Numbered from the stretch's first letter, positions 1 through 8,983 are shown. The stretch: DNA of 61,915 nucleotides from Minisyncoccia bacterium (GCA_041742075.1 JBGSJJ010000011.1:1-61915); one strand, 5' to 3'. Numbers and translations are program-made. The notes: generated by a model not told the origin, from the sequence alone.

Positions 1-139
1 ACCAGACCTTGAACTACTACAACGAGCGAAGACTCCACTCCGCACTCAGGTTGTCGCCACGACAGTTTGCTGCTACACAACAACTCTAGTATTATCAAAA
101 GACTTTAGAAAAGGTGTGCCAAATTTGGGGTACCTTCCA
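1..139 (+). mobile_element. 3' end of an IS3-family insertion sequence (partial, runs off the window start). It carries the last codons of the DDE transposase OrfB (stop 87-89) and the terminal inverted repeat ending at 139.
   Basis: Translation from nt 3 gives QTLNYYNERRLHSALRLSPRQFAATQQL*, which parallels the C-terminus of the complete OrfB at 61122-61898 (INYYNQKRIHSALKLPPRLF). The terminal GGGGTACCTTCCA (127-139) is identical to the last 13 nt of the window. Confidence 0.8.
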
Positions 140-424
140 CTCACCATTGTTACCGGCAACCATAGTGTGGCAGAAATTCTTCATCGCGATTATTTCGATA
201 GACTAGCGAACCAGTACAGCAACGTAACAGTCACCTATGTTATCTCAGACAAAGCGCAGTCTGAGTATCCAACTGGGTATATTCAAGACCACATCGCCGG
301 CTATGATTTTTCTAACGCCGATATCTACATGTGCGGACAAGGAGTAGCTTGTACTGCACTAGAAACAGCAATCAAATCTAGTGATCCAAAAAACTCAAAT
401 TTTTTTGTGGAAGATTTCCACTAG
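140..424 (+). pseudogene. C-terminal fragment of an FNR-like FAD/NAD(P)-binding oxidoreductase, 5'-truncated by the IS3 insertion
   Basis: ORF 116-424 starts inside the IS end. The remainder (LTIVTGNHS...VTYVISD...GYIQDHI...DIYMCGQGVACTALETAI...FVEDFH) matches only the NAD-binding half of ferredoxin-reductase-type proteins. Confidence 0.55.
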
Positions 425-524
425 AAAAGATTTCTGATTTTTCAAAGTTTTCCCATCCTAGACGAGTCGCTCTATGTAGAACAAAATATCGTTGTTTTGA
501 CATTATTCGTGCTAGCACGAGTTG

Positions 525-551
525 GCTGGCAGTCTGGGACGATGTTAGAAC
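525..551 (+). repeat. 27-bp imperfect direct repeat, copy 1 (GCTGGCAGTCTGGGACGATGTTAGAAC)
   Basis: Matches 1295-1321 at 25 of 27 positions. The two copies bracket the two-ORF module 625-1225. Confidence 0.7.
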
Positions 552-624
552 CTATTTAAATATAATAATAGTTGAACCCGAACGTGCTCTATGCACATTC
601 GGGTTCATGAAACTAAATAGTCTA

Positions 625-924
625 TCAGGCGCAACCACTGCGGACTTCATGATCGCGCAAAATCGCAGCATCAGGATCAGGCTGGGTTCGTTTTTGGCCC
701 TCAATCTTTTCATCATACCGAAAGTACCAAGGTTCACTCGCTAACTCCTTGGAAACGTCAGACAATCGGGCAGATAATCCTTCTTTCCCTCGGCGATTGA
801 GATCATCACAAACGGCCTGCGGATCCTTACTACGCGGTCGAAGCCAACATACCATATTGTTCTGGCACGTAACCTTTATAACGTCGCCGTTTATGACAAG
901 AGCTACTTTGGGGTGGATTTTCAT
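625..924 (-). CDS. hypothetical protein (99 aa), visibly GC-richer than the flanks
   Basis: Intact ORF, followed by the hairpin GAACCCGAA...TTCGGGTTC (574-606). No recognisable motif. Confidence 0.45.
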   Translation of the reverse strand: MKIHPKVALVINGDVIKVTCQNNMVCWLRPRSKDPQAVCDDLNRRGKEGLSARLSDVSKELASEPWYFRYDEKIEGQKRTQPDPDAAILRDHEVRSGCA

Positions 925-946
925 TTGACTTACCTCTCCTAAAAGA

Positions 947-1225
947 TCAAAGACCCTCTTTATGGGTACGAGTGGCCCATAATAGGAATTCCGCTATTTC
1001 TCCCAGGCATACCTCTTCAAACAGACAATCATTGGCTGGAAAAAATGCATACTTTCGCCATTGCGGGTACCACTTCACGAGTCCCAACAAGTACCCACCT
1101 CTTTTGGCATTCACCTCCCAGACACAAGTCTTTTTATTGCTGGATTGCTCCGCATTAAAGTCAAAATTGATGTGTGTCCCAATCCAGGAGTCGTCATTTG
1201 ACGACTGAGCTGACATAAGTGGCAT
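947..1225 (-). CDS. hypothetical protein (92 aa)
   Basis: Intact ORF co-oriented with 625-924. No recognisable motif. Confidence 0.45.
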   Translation of the reverse strand: MPLMSAQSSNDDSWIGTHINFDFNAEQSSNKKTCVWEVNAKRGGYLLGLVKWYPQWRKYAFFPANDCLFEEVCLGEIAEFLLWATRTHKEGL

Positions 1226-1294
1226 AGAGTTCCCTCTTGGTACGTTGCATCTTATCTACTTATATCACAAAAACTTCTTTTTGGAAACAATTCT

Positions 1295-1321
1295 GCTGGC
1301 CGTCTGGGACGATATTAGAAC
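1295..1321 (+). repeat. 27-bp imperfect direct repeat, copy 2 (GCTGGCCGTCTGGGACGATATTAGAAC)
   Basis: Pairs with 525-551. Confidence 0.7.
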
Positions 1322-1391
1322 TTTTCTGAGAGTATAGAAATGAAAAGCCACCCAGGTGCAGATGGCTTTCCTGTGTGGCTAAGATTGACTG

Positions 1392-1844
1392 TTAGATTCG
1401 CGATTCGCGAAGCATACGCCAACGGTTGGCGATAAATTGACGAAGCGAGCGGAGGTCATTGCGAAGACCTCGTACGAACGACAGATCCTCAAAGTGACGC
1501 TTCGGGATCGGCAGCTGCTCGAAAGGAATACCGATGCGAGCATAGATGGCGTCGTAGAGGTCAATGAAGTCAGAGACGTCACTGCCCTCGATTGCAATCC
1601 TGTACATACGTCGACTGCCGTTGTCGAGCGTCTCGGTCACCCGAGCCTTGGCTCGTCCCATACTGAAGGTCCCGACGACTCCAGTCTGCTCCAAAATGGG
1701 TTTGGGAATGCTATGAAGGTACATTTCATCTCGGAGGCTCAAGATGTACTTTCCGCCTTCCAGGTCCACCGAGTCAAGAAGGAGGTTGCAGACAACCGGT
1801 CCGTGAGGAATGCCAGTCGAAGCGTTGATCGTCAGAATTTTCAT
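1392..1844 (-). CDS. hypothetical protein (150 aa from the ATG at 1844, MKILTINAS...)
   Basis: The ORF track extends to 1982, but that extension overlaps the tRNA-tail element and its promoter. The ATG at 1844 lies downstream of the TTGACA/TATATT promoter. A terminator hairpin AGCCAC...GTGGCTTTT follows at about 1343-1380. Confidence 0.5.
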   Translation of the reverse strand: MKILTINASTGIPHGPVVCNLLLDSVDLEGGKYILSLRDEMYLHSIPKPILEQTGVVGTFSMGRAKARVTETLDNGSRRMYRIAIEGSDVSDFIDLYDAIYARIGIPFEQLPIPKRHFEDLSFVRGLRNDLRSLRQFIANRWRMLRESRI

Positions 1845-1917
1845 GGAACTTCCCTTTCGGTCTGCCAGGAGTTTATCCTTGGTCAGGACGTAGGCGTGTC
1901 GACATTGACACCCAGTA

Positions 1918-1946
1918 AATATAACATATGTTAACACATATGTCAA
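1918..1946 (-). promoter_or_regulatory. sigma70-like promoter (TTGACA, 17-nt spacer, TATATT) immediately after the duplicated tRNA-Gln tail
   Basis: The minus strand reads cagcaagTTGACAtatgtgttaacatatgtTATATTtac. It points into ORF 1392-1844. Confidence 0.6.
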
Positions 1947-1950
1947 CTTG

Positions 1951-2083
1951 CTGCCGGTCAGGGAATCTCTCTTGTTACACAAGCAGTATACCTTTTGGCT
2001 ATATTTTCGCTACGCTCAATCTAGCTCAAAAGCTTTTCGAGCCCCTGACGCGAGTGACATATTAGTCACTCGCTATCTGGCAG
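1951..2083 (-). repeat. tRNA-tail mimic element, type 1 (Gln copy; candidate structured RNA)
   Basis: The minus strand reads, in order: CTGCCAG (anti-acceptor), hairpin GCGAGTGAC-taatat-GTCACTCGC, GTCAGGG (anti-T-stem), CTCGAAAAG, P2 CTTTTG...CAAAAG, GTATACTG, hairpin CTTG-TGTAA-CAAG, then CCCTGACCGGCAG. That last segment copies the tRNA-Gln 3' end with one change. Confidence 0.8.
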
Positions 2084-2126
2084 CTCTAAAGCAAAAATCC
2101 CCTATTCGGGGATTTTATGCTAAGAG

Positions 2127-2197
2127 CTGCCGATCAGGGACTCGAACCCCAATAGCTGGTACCAGAAACCAGAGTCCTACCATTAGACGAATCGGCA
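2127..2197 (-). tRNA. tRNA-Gln (anticodon CTG)
   Basis: Manual cloverleaf: acceptor TGCCGAT/ATCGGCA, anticodon stem CTGGT/ACCAG, loop TTCTGGT, T-loop TTCGAGT. It is followed by the terminator AAAATCCCC-gaat-AGGGGATTTT (plus-strand 2094-2116). Confidence 0.85.
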
Positions 2198-2452
2198 ATG
2201 TGGATATTTATAGCATACAGCCTTGGTAAAAGGAATTGCTTTTAGCTAAGTTGTCGAAAGAAAATAGTGCCAGCACGCTGGCACTAAATATGACCCGAAT
2301 TCTTCTTCTTTGGTTAAGCTTACCTAGCTCGTCGGAAACGTGTAGTTTCTGTTCATCAGGCCGTTTTTACCTCTTCAGGCAATCCGTAGCTATCCGAGAC
2401 CACTACCAAGTGAGTGCACTCTACAACAGAGTACTACTCGATACAAGTGACA

Positions 2453-3097
2453 CTAAGAGAGATGTCGGTCGTCATCAAACGTAACTACCTGCCAGTTACA
2501 CACTCCCTGTGTAGTCGCTTTTTGGCACTGTATGTGCGTAATACTACTGTTTTCAATTGAGGTAATTTTCAGAAAACGTAGCAGGGCCTTAACGTACGAT
2601 ATTGGCTTACCACTGCAAATATGCTCGACAAAAAAGTTAATAAAAACTGCATGTGAGACAACCACAATCCGGGCATCATCAGGATAGCTTTCGAGTATCG
2701 TTTTAGCTTCACCGATTCTTTCGAGAAGCGCTCGGTATGACTCGCCTCTTTTTTCATCTCGGAAAAAAGTGTTACCGGTCAGAAACCATCGTACGAGATA
2801 CACAATGGATGCCCATGAAAAATAATGTCGGTTATGAATCGACTCAGGACGAATAATTTCTACTACTGCCGGTTCTACTTCTACCACCAGGCCAGTTGCT
2901 TTTGCAATTGCCTCCGCAGTTTGTCTGGTACGAAAAAACGGACTGGTGATGAGGTGGGTCGGTTTATAGGAAACTAATACTTTAGCTACTGTTTCCGCCT
3001 GCTCTTGCCCTCGTTCATTAAGGGCCGAAGATGGTCGTTGGTGGATATGCAAACGATTCCCCTCCGTTTGTCCATGTCGTACAAAATAGATATCCAT
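2453..3097 (-). CDS. histidine phosphatase family protein (phosphoglycerate-mutase-like)
   Basis: N-terminal FVRHGQTEGN (RHG motif), SPFFRTRQTA, C-terminal VVSHAVF. Confidence 0.8.
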   Translation of the reverse strand: MDIYFVRHGQTEGNRLHIHQRPSSALNERGQEQAETVAKVLVSYKPTHLITSPFFRTRQTAEAIAKATGLVVEVEPAVVEIIRPESIHNRHYFSWASIVYLVRWFLTGNTFFRDEKRGESYRALLERIGEAKTILESYPDDARIVVVSHAVFINFFVEHICSGKPISYVKALLRFLKITSIENSSITHIQCQKATTQGVCNWQVVTFDDDRHLS

Positions 3098-3099
3098 AC

Positions 3100-3729
3100 T
3101 TATTCAGCGAAGTGTGCTTGGTCGTTAAAGGTATCAAGAAGCCAACGTTCCTTTTCGTCATTAAACTTTAAAACGGTTATACCGGTGTTAGCAGTATCAA
3201 AGCTATGCATCGAACTAAGCCATGCGTCAGGTGAAAGATTTTCTCCAAGAATCGTGTACATGACCATAAAAATAATCAGTCTGCCGTGCGTAATGGCGAG
3301 CACATCCCCTTCCAGGTCAGACATTGTCGCAAAAAGTTCACGTATACGTACAATGACATCATGAAAATTTTCTTCATCAGAAAAATGCCAGTCTGAGTTG
3401 TGAATATTTTCGTCAGCCAACCGTAGGTAGTTTTGAAACTCTTCACTTTTACGAGGTAGGCCAACAAATTCACTCGGTCGTTTTGTTTCCCTAAGAAGCG
3501 GAGTGTACTCAGGTTCAATTTGAATTTTTTCGAGCAGTGGCTCAACCGTTTGTTTGGTTCGATCATAATCACTGACGAGCAGATGACTAAATGAAAGATG
3601 TTGCAGACGATTCGCCAAAACGATTGCTTGGGCACGACCTGTGTCTGAAAGTTGACTACTTCCGTCTTGAAGTAAGTCACCTACATTTGAATCAGTTTGC
3701 CCATGGCGGACGAGATATACTCTTTTCAT
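3100..3729 (-). CDS. histidine phosphatase family protein (paralog of the neighbouring gene)
   Basis: LVRHGQTDSN, SDYDRTKQT, AITHGRL. Confidence 0.8.
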   Translation of the reverse strand: MKRVYLVRHGQTDSNVGDLLQDGSSQLSDTGRAQAIVLANRLQHLSFSHLLVSDYDRTKQTVEPLLEKIQIEPEYTPLLRETKRPSEFVGLPRKSEEFQNYLRLADENIHNSDWHFSDEENFHDVIVRIRELFATMSDLEGDVLAITHGRLIIFMVMYTILGENLSPDAWLSSMHSFDTANTGITVLKFNDEKERWLLDTFNDQAHFAE

Positions 3730-3734
3730 AGTAA

Positions 3735-4772
3735 TTATTTGTCTCCGAGTAAATCGACTAAGGCAATCTCAAGTGGTAGTTGTGGTAGGCTCATTTTTCC
3801 GGTCTGTTCGGCTGACTCAAGGAGACGAAGTAACATGGCGGAGTTGATAGGTGAAGCTTTTTCTTCAGCTAGCTTTTGTATCTGAGCTTGGTCAGCCTGA
3901 GAAAACGGTGCTAGCAAAAGCTCACTACGCGTTGGTGTATGTCTTAAAAGCATCACGGCGCGAACTCGCTCAAGTAAAAGCTTAATGAGTAGTTTAATGT
4001 CGACATTACTTTGTACTGCCTCCTCAAGTGACTGGAGTGCTGCGCCGAGGTCTTTGCTACCAAGCGCACCTAAAAGTCCTGCTAAACTAGAACTTTTTGG
4101 TGCGCCGATAATCCCCGCTACTTCGTCACTACTCCCGATTGTATCGGTTGAGGCCAAAATAACTTTTTGTAGCACTCCGAGTGCATCACGAAACGAGCCG
4201 TCGGCAGTGATAGCAATCAGGTCGGCTGCGTCAGGCGGCAGCGTAAAACCTTCACTTTTTGCCACGTCTATCACGTGCTCGGCCAGAACCGCTCGCCCGG
4301 GTGAACGAAACCGAAACACCTGACAACGGGAAAGAATAGTATCAAGGAGCTTCTCTTCTTCGGTAGTCGCTAGGATAAACACCACATGTGCTGGTGGTTC
4401 TTCAAGTGTTTTAAGGAGGGCATTAAATGCCTCCTTGGTGAGCATATGCACTTCGTCGATGATGTACACCTTCCGTTCACTTTGGTACGGCAGAGTGTGT
4501 ACCGCTTCACGGAGTTCACGAATATCATCAATCCCCCGATTACTCGCGGCATCAATCTCGTAGATGTCGACATCGCTCGTCCCGATAGCACTCGCAAAAA
4601 TTCGTGCTAACGTAGTTTTACCAGTTCCTCTCGTACCAGAAAACAGGATGGCGTGCGGGATTTTATTTTTCTTTATGGCTCCTTCGAGTACCGAGACAAT
4701 GTGTTCTTGGTTTCGGACCTGTGAGAAGGCACTCGGGCGATATTTTCGATAGAGTGCAGTGTATTCAGTCAT
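3735..4772 (-). CDS. dnaX: DNA polymerase III subunit gamma/tau (short form)
   Basis: Walker A GTRGTGKTT, IIDEVHMLT, sensor SRCQVFRF. Confidence 0.92.
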   Translation of the reverse strand: MTEYTALYRKYRPSAFSQVRNQEHIVSVLEGAIKKNKIPHAILFSGTRGTGKTTLARIFASAIGTSDVDIYEIDAASNRGIDDIRELREAVHTLPYQSERKVYIIDEVHMLTKEAFNALLKTLEEPPAHVVFILATTEEEKLLDTILSRCQVFRFRSPGRAVLAEHVIDVAKSEGFTLPPDAADLIAITADGSFRDALGVLQKVILASTDTIGSSDEVAGIIGAPKSSSLAGLLGALGSKDLGAALQSLEEAVQSNVDIKLLIKLLLERVRAVMLLRHTPTRSELLLAPFSQADQAQIQKLAEEKASPINSAMLLRLLESAEQTGKMSLPQLPLEIALVDLLGDK

Positions 4773-4816
4773 AGCTCAAACAGTATAACAAATCATTTAA
4801 GACCGTCACGTTTCAA

Positions 4817-5668
4817 CTACTTTAGTGTAGCCTGAACGTACTCCCGGAGTTCTTCGATGTCGGTTACCAGGTTTTCACTCCCTAAGACGATGTACCCAAA
4901 AGAGCGTTTATCTCCAGATACCTCTTCTTCAAAAATAACAGCTGCCGTCCTTCCGGCTTCGTGAGTGTACCCATGTTTCCCACCAGCATAGCCAGGGAGG
5001 TCTCTAAGCGGACTATTATTCATCCAGGTAGTTTGTGCGCCTACGTATTTAGTTAGTTTGGTGATATCAATTACATGTGGGTACTCATCATAAATAGCTT
5101 TAAGAATGATTGAAAGCGAACGAGCCGAAGATACGTTTCCGGACGAAAGTCCGGAGGCATCTGTGAAAGCAGTGTCGGCTATGCCGAGGGTAGAAACAAA
5201 TTCGTTCATAGCCGATGGCATATTTTTATTAAGTGTTCTCGCTTGGACTGATGACGCATCATTTGAAGACTCTAGTAAGGCTGGGAAAATAAGTTCGTTT
5301 AGTGTATAGGTATCTCCTACTTTTAGATGACCAGCTAAACCTTCAGTAGCTACGTCTGACTCTTGAATTCTAGTCTCAGTTTTCAAATCTGCTACTTTAT
5401 AGAATATCGTAGTACTGATAAGCTTTGTCACTGACGCAATCGGAAGTACTTTCTCTGACTGAAATGACACTACTTCATTACCACTTTCAAGTTCAAAAAC
5501 ATAGTACGCTGAAGCGCTGACAGTTGGCGCTTCGTGCATCACTTCAATAAGTGAAGCCGACTGGGCTTCCACACTGGTAACCGAAAGCGGGCTCGGTAAA
5601 ACGGCGAGGTAAAAAAATACCGCCAGTAAGCTGGCTCCGAGAGTGCCGATGAGAAGTATTTTGGGCAT
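4817..5668 (-). CDS. serine-type D-Ala-D-Ala carboxypeptidase (PBP5/S11-like)
   Basis: SxxK (ASVTKL), SxN (ESSND) and a KTG-like GKHGYT. The start was moved to MPKILLIG because the terminator hairpin at 5686-5710 overlaps the longer ORF. Confidence 0.8.
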   Translation of the reverse strand: MPKILLIGTLGASLLAVFFYLAVLPSPLSVTSVEAQSASLIEVMHEAPTVSASAYYVFELESGNEVVSFQSEKVLPIASVTKLISTTIFYKVADLKTETRIQESDVATEGLAGHLKVGDTYTLNELIFPALLESSNDASSVQARTLNKNMPSAMNEFVSTLGIADTAFTDASGLSSGNVSSARSLSIILKAIYDEYPHVIDITKLTKYVGAQTTWMNNSPLRDLPGYAGGKHGYTHEAGRTAAVIFEEEVSGDKRSFGYIVLGSENLVTDIEELREYVQATLK

Positions 5669-5735
5669 ATATCTATCATAACAAATGAGGGACGCCAAAG
5701 GCGTCCCTCATTTGCACTACTTGAAGTTCTACCAA

Positions 5736-6221
5736 CTACTTCTTGCTGACTGTCTTTTTTGCAACAGCTTTCGTGACGACTTTTTTCGCTGATGATTTTA
5801 CTACCGCTTTCTTGGCTGATGCTTTTTTAGCAGTTACTTTGGCAACTACTTTTTGTACGGCAGCCGCTTTCACTACTCCGCCTTTCATCAAATCTTGCCA
5901 ATTTGCCATCATCTCATTCTTAAAATCTTTGGCTTCTGCTTTTGATAGTTTTTGAACTTTTGTATAGGTATCAGTAACACCGTTTACAAGAGTACTGAAT
6001 TCCTCTTGAGTGATCTCTTTAGCGTTTTCAAGAGCCTCTAGCACTTCTGCCTTAGCCTTAAGTGACCAACTCTTTACCTTCTTGCGGTTCTTAGCTGCAT
6101 CCTTACTACCATACAGAAAATACGCGCCTGCGGCTGTCACCGCTGCCGCTGTAAGTCCGACTCCAATACTAAGTTTTTGGGCATTTGAAATTTCAACTTT
6201 TTTTGCTGGTTTTTTAGCCAT
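5736..6221 (-). CDS. Lys/Ala-rich protein with an N-terminal TM segment (hypothetical)
   Basis: Low-complexity AKK/KKA repeats at both ends and one hydrophobic helix. Confidence 0.55.
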   Translation of the reverse strand: MAKKPAKKVEISNAQKLSIGVGLTAAAVTAAGAYFLYGSKDAAKNRKKVKSWSLKAKAEVLEALENAKEITQEEFSTLVNGVTDTYTKVQKLSKAEAKDFKNEMMANWQDLMKGGVVKAAAVQKVVAKVTAKKASAKKAVVKSSAKKVVTKAVAKKTVSKK

Positions 6222-6241
6222 ACTATTTAAATTATTAGGAG

Positions 6242-6553
6242 TTAATCATCCTCGTCGGTTTTGGTTGTTCGTTTAGACCGAGCTCTACCTCTTGGAACAA
6301 AGAACCGTATAAGTTGTGAGACGAGACTTCCCTCCATCACGAAGGTTCGAAGTTGTGACACATCTTCAGCAATCATCTCACTTCCTGCTTCGAGCCGGTC
6401 GATAATCGAACGAATTTTTTTCACAATCTTTAGTACTTGATACAAAATCAAGCAGACAAGAATAGTGAGTACGACGATCCCAACACTTGCAATGAAGAAA
6501 AAAATGTTTGCTTGTAGTATCTCGCTCATACGTATTAGTGTACCAAGTATCAC
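6242..6553 (-). CDS. small membrane protein (hypothetical)
   Basis: One strong TM helix (FFFIASVGIVVLTILVCLILY) followed by an amphipathic tail. Confidence 0.55.
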   Translation of the reverse strand: MILGTLIRMSEILQANIFFFIASVGIVVLTILVCLILYQVLKIVKKIRSIIDRLEAGSEMIAEDVSQLRTFVMEGSLVSQLIRFFVPRGRARSKRTTKTDEDD

Positions 6554-6569
6554 AGCTCGTAGGAAACGT

Positions 6570-7613
6570 TTAGTTCAAATATTCGTGTACAATCCGTTCT
6601 ACCTCTCTTGCATCAGGTGCATCCATAAGCGTGGCCCGGAGTTCTGAAGCTCCCGGGAAGCCATTCACATATGCCTTGTAGTGTTTTTTCATTACTGCAA
6701 AATTTTTGTGTGGAAGTACGTCTTCAAAAAGTTTAGTGTGTTCGACCAATACCTTAAGCCGTTCAGGTAAGGAAATTATTTCAATATCGCTCGAGCTTGC
6801 TTCTGCTCCAGTCAGTCTCTCCGGTAAGCGCTTAGTTGGGTGAAAGAGCCAGGGGTTACCAAAAATTGCTCGTCCAAGCATTACTCCATCGGCACCAGTT
6901 TGTTCTGCTTTTGCTTTAGCGTCGTGAAGCGAAAGAGCGTCACCGTTGCCGATGATTCGCGTGGTACTACCAAGCTCATCTCTAAGTGTAACCACGCGCG
7001 CTACCCGTTCCCAACGCGCAGGAACTTTGCTCATCTCTTTTCGAGTGCGGGCATGGATAGTTAGTGCACTTGGGTTTTCAGCGAGTACCTCTGGTATCCA
7101 CTCCTCCACCTGGTCACGGTTATACCCGAGACGCGTCTTTACCGACACGGGGATACCGCCCTCATCACTCTTAGCGCCACGCTTCGCGGCCCGCACGATG
7201 GCCCTAGCAAGCGTAGGATTTTTAATCATCGCCGAGCCACAGCCCTGCTTTTCAATACTCCGGTCAGGGCACCCCATGTTGATATCGATACCGTCAAAAC
7301 CAAGCTCAAGACAAAGTTTGGCGGCTTGCTCCATGTACTCTTCGCTCGCAGAAAAAAGTTGCGCCACAATCGGTCGTTCCTCTTCACTATAGATAAGGTC
7401 AGCCATCAATTTCTGCTTTCCTTCGGGAGTCGCCCGCATGAGGCCATCCGCTGACACGAACTCAGTCCACATGACGTCTGGACCACCAATTGAACCATCA
7501 GCTCTCGTGTGAGCTGAATACTTCGCAATCATCTGCCGAAATGACGCGTCAGTCACGTCCGCCATCGGCGCAAGGACAAAGAATGGTTTTTTAAGCTGTT
7601 GCCAAAAAGACAT
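6570..7613 (-). CDS. dus: tRNA-dihydrouridine synthase
   Basis: LAPMADVTDASFR, DINMGCP, TIHARTR. Confidence 0.9.
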   Translation of the reverse strand: MSFWQQLKKPFFVLAPMADVTDASFRQMIAKYSAHTRADGSIGGPDVMWTEFVSADGLMRATPEGKQKLMADLIYSEEERPIVAQLFSASEEYMEQAAKLCLELGFDGIDINMGCPDRSIEKQGCGSAMIKNPTLARAIVRAAKRGAKSDEGGIPVSVKTRLGYNRDQVEEWIPEVLAENPSALTIHARTRKEMSKVPARWERVARVVTLRDELGSTTRIIGNGDALSLHDAKAKAEQTGADGVMLGRAIFGNPWLFHPTKRLPERLTGAEASSSDIEIISLPERLKVLVEHTKLFEDVLPHKNFAVMKKHYKAYVNGFPGASELRATLMDAPDAREVERIVHEYLN

Positions 7614-7662
7614 AGACGTTGTACTTTACTGGTAGAAGAAGATTCTGGCAAGGAGTAGCATT

Positions 7663-7917
7663 GTGAAAGACGCGAACATGCTCACACCCGAGGAGCTAAG
7701 AGAGAGGGCAAGTCACCGCCCCTTTTCACCGGAAGATAGAGCAATGATGGAGGATGCGGTTCGGAGATTAGCCGAAGTCGAAACGGAACTGGCCACCCTG
7801 AAAGTTGCCTCAGAAAATAAACCTTGGTTTAATTCGATGGAATTAATAGTAGCGGGGTATCTTCTATTTATTGCAATTTTCATGGGCATCTTCATTTGGT
7901 TCATGGTGAGGGCATAG
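7663..7917 (+). CDS. small C-terminally membrane-anchored protein (hypothetical)
   Basis: Coiled N-terminal part and a C-terminal TM helix (ELIVAGYLLFIAIFMGIFIWFMV). Confidence 0.5.
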   Translation: MKDANMLTPEELRERASHRPFSPEDRAMMEDAVRRLAEVETELATLKVASENKPWFNSMELIVAGYLLFIAIFMGIFIWFMVRA

Positions 7918-8017
7918 TAGATTGCTCCTCTACCCAAAAAGTTTCTTGAGCGCCAGGCTAACCGTCTGGTGCTTTTTTTATATACCTACAACAATGCAAA
8001 ATACGAACAGCGAATAC

Positions 8018-8983
8018 CTAGTTTGTACTTTCAGTTGTGGTACTCGCAGTTGTACTCCCCGTCTCACCAGACTGGACAATCGGTTCTTCATTTACAAACA
8101 CTTTGTCTCCAAACCGAAGGTCAATGTATTGAAAATTTCCAGGCTCTAGATGCTCAAACTCGCTCGAACTAAGTATCGTTTTTAAATTGCTATAACTGTC
8201 CGCAAACGACTTCGTCTGCGAAACTTTAATCATTCCACCACCCGCTAGAGTAAACTCAAGGTCATACGTTCCGCGCGAATGCACATGGGTTATGAACAAA
8301 CCAAGCTCACGCTCAACGTCTTCTACAAACACTCTGGCTTCGCGTAAAAAAGTACTCGGGAAAACGGATTGACCAAGCTGTGGTTCAGCTTCATCTTTAA
8401 GAAAACGGAGGAGGGCGTTACCAGACAGTTGCGGTGCTACGCCAAACGCATAGCCAACATTGTCGATAAATAGACACGTCTCATCATTTTTCTCCTGACA
8501 CCAAAGTGCGTATGGTTCAAACTCCGTAAACGTAACAATGAGTGTCCTCCCGTCTCTTAAAAGTGCTACCTCCTTCAGTCGAGGAAAGGTCTTAAGGGTG
8601 GCAATCATGTGCTCTTCTGGGTACAGCCATAAAAACCGCCTGGGAATGAGTCTGAAGTATTCACCAGACATTTCTTCTTCTACTACCTGAGTGACCGCTT
8701 CGTGAGAAATAGTAAACCCACCAACCACTTCCACTCGTTCAAGTTGAAAAGAATTAATCCTCGTGACATACCAGGTCGCCGTCATTAAAAGACCTACACC
8801 AAGTAAAAGTACTCCGCCAAATATCAGTTGTCTCTGTAGTGGTGAAAGTATAAAACGACGCTTTTTTTGCGCTCGGGTTTTGGGAGACGAAATTCTCGGA
8901 CCAACAGCCATAGGTTTGTCTATGGTAGCACATGGAAATATACAAAAGCGGGACGGCCTAAGCCGTCCCGCTTTTGTGGCCAC
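8018..8983 (-). CDS. ftsQ: FtsQ/DivIB-like cell division protein (POTRA domain). The true start may be the internal Met at 8911.
   Basis: TM helix followed by VERVEVVGG...LKEVALLRDGRTLIVTFTEFEPYALWC, a typical POTRA pattern. Confidence 0.7.
   Translation of the reverse strand: MATKAGRLRPSRFCIFPCATIDKPMAVGPRISSPKTRAQKKRRFILSPLQRQLIFGGVLLLGVGLLMTATWYVTRINSFQLERVEVVGGFTISHEAVTQVVEEEMSGEYFRLIPRRFLWLYPEEHMIATLKTFPRLKEVALLRDGRTLIVTFTEFEPYALWCQEKNDETCLFIDNVGYAFGVAPQLSGNALLRFLKDEAEPQLGQSVFPSTFLREARVFVEDVERELGLFITHVHSRGTYDLEFTLAGGGMIKVSQTKSFADSYSNLKTILSSSEFEHLEPGNFQYIDLRFGDKVFVNEEPIVQSGETGSTTASTTTESTN

Noticed and set aside
116-139. The Met start of ORF 116-424, as given in the ORF track.
   Set aside because: The first 8 codons lie inside the IS3 terminal repeat. 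The ORF is a fusion artefact of the insertion, and only 140-424 is derived from the original gene.
1845-1982. N-terminal extension of ORF 1392-1982.
   Set aside because: The extension overlaps the duplicated tRNA-Gln tail and the TTGACA/TATATT promoter. The internal ATG at 1844 is the plausible start.
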